Shown here: in pieces, positions 9,960 through 17,832 of the stretch
Numbering within the stretch: position 1 is the stretch's first letter
Layout of the letters: the number at the start of each line of letters is the position of its first letter
Source of the DNA: Patescibacteria group bacterium
GTDB lineage: Bacteria; Patescibacteriota; Patescibacteriia; XYB2-FULL-38-15
NCBI GenBank assembly: GCA_041650995.1
Contig: JBAZJZ010000001.1
Span: 7,891-71,890 of the forward strand
Length of the DNA: 64,000 bases
Direction of reading: 5' to 3'
Position numbers and translations under genes: made by a program
The notes under the pieces: model-generated
Database searches by the model: none
What the model was told of the DNA's origin: nothing
What the model saw: the letters and a program-made list of their open reading frames with translations, nothing else

Positions 9960-9985
9960 TCTCTGAATTCGTTGATATAGAAAAA

Positions 9986-10016
9986 GCAGGGCGCTTCGGC
10001 GCCCTGCTTTGATTTT
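9986..10016 (+). terminator. rho-independent terminator
   Basis: GCAGGGCGCttcgGCGCCCTGC hairpin followed by TTTGATTTTGT. Confidence 0.7.
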
Positions 10017-10039
10017 GTGGTAAAATAAATACAACGGGT

Positions 10040-10300
10040 TGACAGCCTCCACAATAAACACGGACTGACAGCCTTTAGGCTGTTACGATAACACGCTAAA
10101 GCGTGTCACTCCACAATAAACACGGACTGACAGCCTCCACAATAAACACGGACCGACAGCCTTTAGGCTGTTACAATAACACGCTAAAGCGTGTCACTCC
10201 AATTACTTCTATGTTCCCTCAAGATCGTAATGCCCATCGTCCGCCACATTTAAGTGGTAACACCCTAAAGGGTGTCACTCCGGGTGTCACTCCGGACAAT
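10040..10300. repeat. REP-like repeat array, upstream flank of the RAYT gene
   Basis: It contains repeated units of ccacaataaacacggactgacagcc and the double hairpin ACAGCCtttaGGCTGT...ACACGCtaaaGCGTGT, plus a variant ACACCCtaaaGGGTGT. Confidence 0.8.
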
Positions 10301-10789
10301 AATATTTATTTTATTACCGTGAGAACCGTGGATCAAAAACCATATTTTGACGCTGATTTTAAAAAGAAATTATTTTGTCTTTGCCTAAAGGCAGGACTCC
10401 AAAAATTTGAGATTCATTTATACGCCTGGGTGTTGTTGAATAACCATTATCATCTGTTATTTAAGATTCTGTCAGGGGAAAATTTATCTAAATTTATTAA
10501 TTTTATTAACGGCAAAAGCTCTTTTGAACTAAATAAATTGGAGAACGAACAAGGCCGTAAAATTTGGTACCAATATTTTGACCATTGTATTCGCGACGAA
10601 GCTGATTTTTGGAAACATTTTAATTACATTCACCAAAATCCGGTAAAGCATGGTTTGCGCACCGACTTGGCGGGCATTTTTGCTTATCCCTTTTCAAGCG
10701 CGAAAAATTGGAGTAAAATAAAAGGGGAAGAGTGGGTTGATTCGTGTTTTGAACTTTATCCGATTGTTGATTTTATTGCGGGGGAATAA
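10211..10789 (+). mobile_element. REP-associated tyrosine transposase (RAYT; IS200/IS605-like HuH Y1 transposase). The start is uncertain: the ORF is open from 10103 through the repeats
   Basis: It carries the HuH motif (LLNNHYHLLF) and the catalytic Tyr motif (NYIHQNPVKHGL) at the expected spacing. The N-terminal beta-strand region reads IYFITVRT. It is flanked on both sides by REP hairpin arrays, which is the classic RAYT/REP organisation. Confidence 0.75.
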
Positions 10790-10794
10790 CGCCG

Positions 10795-11166
10795 CGGTCG
10801 GAATGACAGCCTTCAGGCTGTTACGATAACACGCTAAAGCGTGTCATTCCACAAAAACATAGATTGACGGTCAGACTGACAGCGCCTGCAACTTTTCGGA
10901 ATGACAGCCTTCAGGCTGTTAAAACTAGATAACACGCTAAAGCGTGTCATTCCACAAAAACATAGATTGACGGTCAGACTGACAGCGCCTGCAACTTTTC
11001 GGAATGACAGCCTTCAGGCTGTTAAAACTAGATAACACGCTAAAGCGTGTCATTCCACAAAAACATAGATTGACGGTCAGACTGACAGCGCCTGCAACTT
11101 TTCGGAATGACAGCCTTCAGGCTGTTATGGTAACACCCTAAAGGCTGTCACTCCGGGTATTACTCC
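10795..11166. repeat. tandem array (~3.5 copies, period 98-103 bp) of REP double-hairpin units, downstream flank of the RAYT gene
   Basis: The unit is ggaatgACAGCCttcaGGCTGTtacgataACACGCtaaaGCGTGTcattccacaaaaacatagattgacggtcagactgacagcgcctgcaacttttc. It repeats head-to-tail at 10801, 10899, 11002 and 11105 (the last copy is partial and variant). Confidence 0.85.
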
Positions 11167-11210
11167 AAAATTTAATTTAAAAAACATTTTAATAATTAAT
11201 TTAAAAACCT

Positions 11211-11870
11211 ATGACCAAAAAAACAAAAATCATTATCCTTGTCGTAGTCCTCGTTTTAATTCTTGGCGGACTTCTTGCCTGGAAAACATGGAGTTGGCAA
11301 GGAAAGATGGGGGATCTGAGAAACTATGTTTCTTCCTTATTTTCCAGTGAAGAAGAAAATTTGCCTGAAGATATTAAAGCAGCTTATGAAACTCTAAAAA
11401 ATGATCCGTCGGACACAAGCTCTTACATAAAAATCGCACTCTGGAAAAGGGACAATGGCGATTTGGAAGAGGCGGTTAGATTGTATGAAAAAGCCTTGGA
11501 AATTAAACCGGACGACACGCTTCTTTTGATGAATATCGCTGATCTTTACATAAGAAATGAACAATACCCTGAGGCGGCCGGGGCTTATGTAAAAGTTATG
11601 GAAAGCAATCCAAAGTGGCTTGCCGCTTATCGCGGTTTGGCTGATCTCTACCGCTATCAAATGCCGGAGAGAAAAATTGAAATTCCAAGTATTTTGAAAA
11701 AAGGTCTGGAAGCCAATTCAGAAAATGAACTTTACTTTGTTGGGCCGCTTGCTATTTACTACAAAGATTTTGGTCCGGAAGACGAGGCCATTCGCTGGTA
11801 CGAGCGCTTGATTGAACTTGATCCGGAAAATACTACGGCGAAGAATGAACTTGAAGAATTGAAGAAATAA
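11211..11870 (+). CDS. tetratricopeptide (TPR) repeat protein with an N-terminal TM anchor
   Basis: It has a TM helix (IIILVVVLVLILGGLLAW) and TPR-like helices (AVRLYEKALEIKPDD, AAGAYVKVMESNPKW, AIRWYERLIELDPEN). Confidence 0.7.
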   Translation: MTKKTKIIILVVVLVLILGGLLAWKTWSWQGKMGDLRNYVSSLFSSEEENLPEDIKAAYETLKNDPSDTSSYIKIALWKRDNGDLEEAVRLYEKALEIKPDDTLLLMNIADLYIRNEQYPEAAGAYVKVMESNPKWLAAYRGLADLYRYQMPERKIEIPSILKKGLEANSENELYFVGPLAIYYKDFGPEDEAIRWYERLIELDPENTTAKNELEELKK

Positions 11871-11966
11871 ATAATAAAATTTTAATTTTTAATGTACCAA
11901 TCTTATTCCCTGAGCGAAGCGTAGCGGAGTCGAAGGGCGGCCTTCGACAAGCTCAGGCCGTAGCAT

Positions 11967-12236
11967 ATGCCAGGATGGAAGTGGTACATTTATATTATTC
12001 GGTGTAAAGATAAAAGTTATTACACTGGTTTGACATGGCAGCCAAGTGATCGCTGGGCACAGCACCTGTCCGGTTTTGGGGCGGAATACACCAAACTTCA
12101 TAAGCCGGAAAAAGTTGTCTTTTTGGAAGAATATGAAGATTTGGAAGAGGCGAGGAGGAGAGAAAAACAAATAAAGGGTTGGACAAGAAAAAAGAAAGAA
12201 AAATTGATTAAGGGTGAGTGGAGCAAATGGGAATAG
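11967..12236 (+). CDS. GIY-YIG nuclease-domain protein, 89 aa, stand-alone
   Basis: WYIYIIRCKDKSYYTGLT....R..QH is the GIY-YIG motif, and C-terminal ...EKQIKGWTRKKKEKLI resembles the UPF0213/YhbQ family. It is bracketed by near-identical 21-bp direct repeats (11939-11959 and 12236-12257). Confidence 0.75.
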   Translation: MPGWKWYIYIIRCKDKSYYTGLTWQPSDRWAQHLSGFGAEYTKLHKPEKVVFLEEYEDLEEARRREKQIKGWTRKKKEKLIKGEWSKWE

Positions 12237-12305
12237 CCCTTCGATAAGCTCAGGGCATAATATTTTATGTTATTTAAAAATTAAAAATTATAAAATTTAA
12301 AAATT

Positions 12306-13994
12306 ATGAAGAAGTTTTTTTCAGTTTTAATTTTCTTTTTAATTATAGCGGGTTTTTCTGCGCAGGCATCCGAAACCATCACCGTCACAAACACCTCCGC
12401 TCCGACCGCGATTTTTTACCCCTCGGAGTTTGACAAGTTAGTGATGGATTTTACAATCGCGCGGGCGGATGGAGCAGCTGATGTTTTAAACGCTTTAACT
12501 TTAAAAAATGAAGGAACAGCCTGGGGTTGGGATATTTCTAAAGTTGTGGTTTGGGCGGATATTGGACCAACGGGATTTCAGGGAATGGATATAGACAAAA
12601 AAATAGGCGAAGCAGTGCGTTATGAAACCGGCGGATATTGGTATTTGCAGGCGCTTCAGGAAACTGTACCCGCGACCGGGCTTCGAATTTTCGTAAGTAT
12701 CGAAACGGCATCAAGGAGCGTGATTTCATCCAACAAAACAATGCAAATGAAAGTGCCGGCGCTTGAAGATAGCGGAACAATCGGCAGGTTTGATTTGGGA
12801 GACACGGGTTTGTTTTTGGCTGGAACGACGGGAGTTTCCGAAGGGATTTTGAATCCACACGTTCAAACTATTTGGCCTTCAAACTATGACGCAAGCGCGC
12901 CGAAAACCGTGATTACTTCGCCTTCCGGCGGAGCAACGCTCACTGGCTCAAGTTACAAAATCATGGGCACTTCGCGCGATCAGGGCGGTTCAACTCCGGC
13001 CTCGGTGCAGATTTTAATTTCATCAGGAAGTTCGGCCGGCTCTTGGGTTGATGTCACAAATACCGGAACAAATTATTCAACCTGGGAATACAATTGGACA
13101 AATATTTCCGACGGAACTTATACGATTAAAACTCAGGGGTCGGATTGGATTGGCAATGTGGAGACTCTCGGAGAGGGGATCACAGTGACGGTTGACCAGA
13201 CCGCCGCGACCGCGGTTTCTGCCGCGCTTTCCACGGTTTCCGTTTCGCCGAATGTTTTGACTGCTGATGGCGTAGCAAGAGCTTTTGCCACAGTAACCGT
13301 TAAAAATTCCGCTGGCAGTACGCTTTCCGGGAAAACCGTTACTTTAACTTCAAACCGTTCAACCGATAGCATCACGGCAACAAAAGATTTAACCGGATCT
13401 GATGGCGTGGCTACCTTTGAAATAAAATCAACTTCGGCAGGCGATGCGACACTAAAGGCCATGGTCGGAACTGTAGAAATTTCAGAGCAGCCGGTTATAA
13501 CTTTTACTGCGGTAACTTTTGCCGCGGGAGATTTGATCAAAGGGTCTGGCAGCACCGCTGTTTACTATTACGCGGAGAATGGCAGAAGATATATTTTCCC
13601 GACCGCTGCGACTTATTCTTCCTGGTTTTCTAATTTTTCTTCAATTAAAACAATTTCCGACGCAGAACTCGCTTCAGTGCCGACAACCGGAAACGTGACA
13701 GTTCGTCCTGGAAAATTAGTCCAAATCGTGAGCATGGATACGCCGTGGAAAGTAATGGATCCCAAAGTTTATGCCGTAAGCCGCGAGGGAGTTTTACACT
13801 GGATTAAAACCGCCGAGGTGGCCGTCGCGATTTTTGGAGCGAACTGGGAGAGCCAAATCATTGCCGTGCCAGAAGTTTTTTCTACAAATTATAATTACGG
13901 CGCGGATATTTCCGCTACCGCCGATTATAATCTTTCCGCCGAGCAGGCGATAGCGACGATTGACGAGGATAAAAGAGCATGGGTGACGGAGTAA
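12306..13994 (+). CDS. secreted surface protein (562 aa) with a Big_1-type Ig-like domain and the C-terminal conserved ~150-aa module
   Basis: It has a signal peptide (MKKFFSVLIFFLIIAGFSAQA). A Big_1/invasin-like segment is present (SVSPNVLTADGVARAFATVTVKNSAGSTLSGKTVTLTS...DGVATFEIKSTSAGDATL). The C-terminal domain is GDLIKGSGSTAVYYYAENGRRYIFP...VRPGKLVQIVSMDTPWKVMDPKVYAVSREGVLHWI. Confidence 0.7.
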   Translation: MKKFFSVLIFFLIIAGFSAQASETITVTNTSAPTAIFYPSEFDKLVMDFTIARADGAADVLNALTLKNEGTAWGWDISKVVVWADIGPTGFQGMDIDKKIGEAVRYETGGYWYLQALQETVPATGLRIFVSIETASRSVISSNKTMQMKVPALEDSGTIGRFDLGDTGLFLAGTTGVSEGILNPHVQTIWPSNYDASAPKTVITSPSGGATLTGSSYKIMGTSRDQGGSTPASVQILISSGSSAGSWVDVTNTGTNYSTWEYNWTNISDGTYTIKTQGSDWIGNVETLGEGITVTVDQTAATAVSAALSTVSVSPNVLTADGVARAFATVTVKNSAGSTLSGKTVTLTSNRSTDSITATKDLTGSDGVATFEIKSTSAGDATLKAMVGTVEISEQPVITFTAVTFAAGDLIKGSGSTAVYYYAENGRRYIFPTAATYSSWFSNFSSIKTISDAELASVPTTGNVTVRPGKLVQIVSMDTPWKVMDPKVYAVSREGVLHWIKTAEVAVAIFGANWESQIIAVPEVFSTNYNYGADISATADYNLSAEQAIATIDEDKRAWVTE

Positions 13995-14039
13995 TTGGTA
14001 ACTGGTAAATAGTAATGGGTAATCATGGATATCGGGTCA

Positions 14040-14530
14040 AAATTTTTCCCCTCTTAAGATAAGAGGGGATTAAGGGGAGTTATGAAAATGCCTCGTTTGT
14101 GTAATAATGTTGTCATTAAAATAAGGCGGCGTATTCTGCGTAAAAACCAAACTGATGCAGAAAGAAAATTGTGGAGTATATTGCGAAACAAGCAAACGGA
14201 CAACTTAAAATTTTTTCGTCAGTATAGTGTCAGCCATTACATTCTTGATTTTTACTGCCCTAAACATAAGTTGGCCATTGAACTCGACGGCGGGCAGCAT
14301 GGAGAGGAGAAACAAAAGGCACATGATGACTAGCGTACTGGATATCTTCAACAATATAAGATTTATGTCCTGAGATTTTGGGATGATGAGGTGTTAACTA
14401 ATCTAGATGGAGTGGCGATGAGTATAAAAGAAAAAATTGATGGCCGTTCATAACCCCTCCCAACCTCCCCTTATCTTAAGGGGAGGGGAAAATCTCGTTA
14501 CTTATTACCCGTTACCCATTACATTCAAAT
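14040..14530. mobile_element. inverted-repeat-bounded mini-element carrying a DUF559 gene (putative non-autonomous or degenerate mobile element)
   Basis: The left arm (13991-14080) is gtaattggtaactggtaaatagtaatgggtaatc...ttttcccctcttaagataagaggggattaaggggag. The right arm (14455-14525) is its imperfect reverse complement (cccctccccttatcttaaggggaggggaaaatc...gttacttattacccgttacccattac). Each arm contains a GGTAA-heptad block and a G/C-rich palindrome. Confidence 0.4.
14082..14453 (+). pseudogene. DUF559 (Vsr-like, restriction-endonuclease-fold) domain protein interrupted by an in-frame TAG at 14331-14333
   Basis: The 83-aa ORF (..LRKNQTDAERKLWSILRN...FFRQYSVSHYILDFYCPKHKLAIELDGGQHGEEKQKAHDD*) continues in the same frame after the TAG (RTGYLQQYKIYVLRFWDDEVLTNLDGVAMSIKEKIDGRS*). 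Together they give a full-length ~125-aa DUF559 protein (R..Q..IG.YI.DFYC...KL.IE.DG..H ... V.RFWN.EV). Confidence 0.65.
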
Positions 14531-14699
14531 ACTGTGGATAACTTTCCTCTTGACCAACTCGTTTTTTCGTGATAAAATAAAAGAAGATTAAATTCTTATG
14601 AATCGTACCGTGCTTGTCGTTTCGCAAACAGGCGAATTAGTTTTAAGTTTCTCTAGGGGGAGAGACTGGTTTAATGCTTAATTTTAGGCATTTTTTTGT

Positions 14700-14750
14700 T
14701 GTTTTTTGTCATTGCGAGGAGTCCCGCCAGAGTGGGACGACGCGGCAATC
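14700..14750. repeat. GTCATTGCGAG...GCAATC palindromic dispersed repeat, copy 1
   Basis: tgtcattgcgag-gagtcccgccagagtgggacgacgcg-gcaatctc has conserved termini and a variable internal hairpin. It is shared with the inverted pair at 29392-29475. Confidence 0.6.
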
Positions 14751-14909
14751 TCTTAAAAAGACGTCTACTTACTAATAAATTTAATTAAATATAAATCTTA
14801 TCCCGCGAGAATTTACTTTCTGCGGGGAAAATAAAGACGAATTTCAGAATTAATCGCGAATAAATTTTTATTCGCGGTTCCCAATTCTTAATTCGTAATT
14901 TAGAAAAAT

Positions 14910-17663
14910 ATGGCAGAAAAAATCAAAAAAGGCTTTTTTAAAGTATTACCATTGTCGGTGGTAGTATTTTTAGTCATCGGCGTGTCCGTCGGTGTCTGGT
15001 ATAGTTTACCAGTTAACCCGGCTAAGGCAGCTGCCTTAGCGCCTTTGACTACCACATACCTAGACGCGGATGCCGACGGAACAGTTGATAATATCAGACT
15101 TACTTTCACTAATGTTACTGCCTGCACTTATGAAGCGGGTGATTGGGCAGTGGGCGCGGCTGGGACAATAAATGTTACGGCTGTAAATGGTTTTACTAAC
15201 GCTGCTTCTTGTACGACCGATGAATATATCGACGTAGCTGTTACAACTACTCCGGATATTACCGGCGGGGCAGTTGATCCGAGACTTGACTATACAGACG
15301 CGGGTGTGGCAGGAAGTGTAGTCGCCGATGGCAATCAGGATGCGGCTAATTTTACGGCGACTGACGCGGCTGCGCCATATCTTGTTTCCGCAACTTACGC
15401 AGATTCCGACGCGGGTGGTAATATCGATGAAGTTACTTTTGTATTTTCCGAGTCGACAACTTGGACCGCCATGACTGCTGCGGATTGGGCATTTTCAGCG
15501 GTCGGTGATGTTAATTTGGCGGGAGATTTTCTCATTGGCGATTGTACTGCCTCTCCGGCTGTAACCTATACCTGTACTGATGCGGCCAATGCGCACATTA
15601 CTTCCGACGCCAATAAAACCGGTAAACAAACCACGGGAGGAAGTGAGCCAACCTTTACTTATACTAATGCCCACAACGATATCAACGACACAGTCAACAA
15701 TACCGCCACTTTTGGGCCGAGATCTTTAGTTGATGGCGCCGCTCCGTTAATTTTGACGCGCGTCACTAAAGACACTAATTCAACTTCGGGCGCTGCGGGA
15801 ACAGCTGATGGTGATTTGGATGGCGTTCTTGCTACCTTTACCGAGGTCATGGATGCTTCCTCTGTCGCCGTCACGGATTTCGTTATTACTCTAAATGATG
15901 GTACGGCTAAAACCGAAGCATATGCAGACACAACCGATGACACTACTTTATTTTTTGGCTTGAGCAACCCAACTGCCAATGATACTTATGATCTTTTAAA
16001 GTTGCAGATCACTGGTGGTGATGGCATTTTGGATTATGCCGGCGTTAGTTTTGTTGCTGAAGGAGCTTCCTCGGCCGCAACCGATGGCGCTGCTCCAGTC
16101 ATTGTGACCACTTCTCCGGCCGACAACGCAACCGACGTGGCTTTAGACGCAAACCTTGTTATCACCTTCTCTGAACCAATGACTACAGCCTCTGTCACCG
16201 GCGCGATTGCCAGAGTTCCGTCCTTTACTCTTGGTGCGGCAGGTTGGACGGCTGGCAATACAGTCTTGACTTACGCGGCACATGATGCGTGGGCCGGCAT
16301 GCAGAACTACATTATTACCTTAGCTGGAACTATCGCTTCGGCTGCCGTGGGTGATCCTGATCTTGGAACTGGTCCGGTCGCCAATCCCTTTGACTTTACA
16401 ACAGTCGCGGCTTCAAGCGGCGGCAGCAGCGGCGGCAGCAGTTTACCTGCTTCTGTAACCGTCACTGCTCCGAATGGCGGGGAAACTTTGGTCGGCGGTT
16501 CAGCATATAGCATCACTTGGTCTGCGGCGGGTGTCACTGATACTGTGAGCATCTACTACTCCCTTGATTCCGGAATTAATTTCCCATACACCATTGCCAC
16601 GGGCGAAACAAATGATGGATCTTACATATGGACAGTGCCGAACATTGGGACAAGTACTGCTAAAATAAAAGTAGCTGCCGGTTCTTTAAATGATATTTCC
16701 GACGCGAATTTTACAATCACTTATTCTACAACAGAGGTTTCTGCCTCAAACTCTACGATTGTTGCTTCTCCAACCTCAGTTGTTGCCAATGGGACTTCTA
16801 AATCAACCGTTACAGTCACTGTCAAAGACACAAGCAACAATTTGCTTTCCGGCAAGACTGTGACCTTAGCCTCAAGTCGAGGCACTTCTGATACGGTCAC
16901 TACTGTGACGGGTACGACTGGCGCAAATGGCGTTGCCACTTTTGAAGTGAAGTCCGGTACTGCCGGCACTTCAACTTACACGGCGACTGCCGCGGGTGTA
17001 ATTCTTAGCCAAACCGTTTCAGTTGTCTTTTCAGCTCCTGGCGAAACTCCTCCAGTTGGCGAAACCCCAGTTTCTTTGAGCGTTGGCGATTTGATTAAGA
17101 GTAGTTTGAGTTCTTCTGTTTACTATTATGGCTCTGATGGTAAACGCCACGTCTTCCCAAATGAAAAGACTTACAAGAGTTGGTATGTTGATTTTACTGG
17201 CATTAAGATTATTCCCGCTTCTCAACTTCAGGGATTGGCTCTTGGTAACAATGTCACTATCCGCCCCGGCACTGTGCTTGTGAAAATCCAAACAGATCCT
17301 AAAGTTTACGCCGTTGAACCAGGCGGTCTTCTCCGCTGGGTGCCGACCGAAGCCCGCGCCACCACCTTGTACGGTTCTGCCTGGGCGACAAAGATTGTTG
17401 ATGTCCCGGTGGTTTTCTGGGGCGACTATACCTTTGGAAGCGACATAACAACTGATGCTCATCCAACAGGAGCAATAATCCAATATTCTGGCTCAACAGA
17501 CAAGTACTACATCCAGGGATCGGCAAGGCGATTAATCTCCACAGCTGGCTTTACTGCCAATCACTTCCAGCTCGGATACGTCCTTTCTGTTCCAACCACA
17601 TTGTCTTATTCTCTGGGTTCGCCCTTGACTGCTGAGGAGACTGCGCTTACGAGGATTTTTTAG
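14910..17663 (+). CDS. large secreted multidomain surface protein (917 aa), first member of a tandem paralog pair
   Basis: It has a signal peptide (MAEKIKKGFFKVLPLSVVVFLVIG). It carries repeated ~100-aa modules beginning with DADADGTVDNIRLTF / DSDAGGNIDEVTFVF (DxDxDG Ca-loop-like). An SbsA-type Ig-like module follows (APVIVTTSPADNATDVALDANLVITFSEPMTTASV). There is a beta-sandwich module (VTAPNGGETLVGGSAYSITWSAAG...GSYIWTVPN) and a Big_1 module (SNSTIVASPTSVVANGTSKSTVTVTVKDTSNNLLSGKTVTLASS). The C-terminal conserved domain is GDLIKSSLSSSVYYYGSDGKRHVFP...KVYAVEPGGLLRWVP. Confidence 0.7.
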   Translation: MAEKIKKGFFKVLPLSVVVFLVIGVSVGVWYSLPVNPAKAAALAPLTTTYLDADADGTVDNIRLTFTNVTACTYEAGDWAVGAAGTINVTAVNGFTNAASCTTDEYIDVAVTTTPDITGGAVDPRLDYTDAGVAGSVVADGNQDAANFTATDAAAPYLVSATYADSDAGGNIDEVTFVFSESTTWTAMTAADWAFSAVGDVNLAGDFLIGDCTASPAVTYTCTDAANAHITSDANKTGKQTTGGSEPTFTYTNAHNDINDTVNNTATFGPRSLVDGAAPLILTRVTKDTNSTSGAAGTADGDLDGVLATFTEVMDASSVAVTDFVITLNDGTAKTEAYADTTDDTTLFFGLSNPTANDTYDLLKLQITGGDGILDYAGVSFVAEGASSAATDGAAPVIVTTSPADNATDVALDANLVITFSEPMTTASVTGAIARVPSFTLGAAGWTAGNTVLTYAAHDAWAGMQNYIITLAGTIASAAVGDPDLGTGPVANPFDFTTVAASSGGSSGGSSLPASVTVTAPNGGETLVGGSAYSITWSAAGVTDTVSIYYSLDSGINFPYTIATGETNDGSYIWTVPNIGTSTAKIKVAAGSLNDISDANFTITYSTTEVSASNSTIVASPTSVVANGTSKSTVTVTVKDTSNNLLSGKTVTLASSRGTSDTVTTVTGTTGANGVATFEVKSGTAGTSTYTATAAGVILSQTVSVVFSAPGETPPVGETPVSLSVGDLIKSSLSSSVYYYGSDGKRHVFPNEKTYKSWYVDFTGIKIIPASQLQGLALGNNVTIRPGTVLVKIQTDPKVYAVEPGGLLRWVPTEARATTLYGSAWATKIVDVPVVFWGDYTFGSDITTDAHPTGAIIQYSGSTDKYYIQGSARRLISTAGFTANHFQLGYVLSVPTTLSYSLGSPLTAEETALTRIF

Positions 17664-17682
17664 CATAAGGTTAGATAGTTAA

Positions 17683-17716
17683 AAACCAGGCTGGGTTTAT
17701 TCCGGCCTGGTTTTGT
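17683..17716 (+). terminator. rho-independent terminator, identical to the one at 20689-20724
   Basis: AAAACCAGGCTGGGTttattCCGGCCTGGTTTTGTG. Confidence 0.7.
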
Positions 17717-17832
17717 GGTATAATAAAAAAACCATTCATTAGGGCGTGTGGATAAATTTATTTTTAAAAATAATTAATTTTTCAGTTTGGCCATTTTTAA
17801 TTTTTACATTTGGCTAAATTAACTAAAAAAAT

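Noticed and set aside
10795-11166. Regularly spaced repeats that at first glance resemble a CRISPR array
   Set aside because: The intervening 'spacers' are themselves identical between units, so the whole ~100-bp unit is tandemly repeated. There is no leader or cas gene, and the units contain the REP hairpins found around the RAYT gene. This is a REP/BIME array, not CRISPR.
4033-17760. Shared 12-mer GTGTGGATAAAT upstream of the sigma-factor gene (4037) and upstream of the second tandem surface gene (17746) as a possible regulator binding site
   Set aside because: A single 12-mer match between two AT-rich intergenic regions is expected by chance in 64 kb. There is no extended similarity around it.
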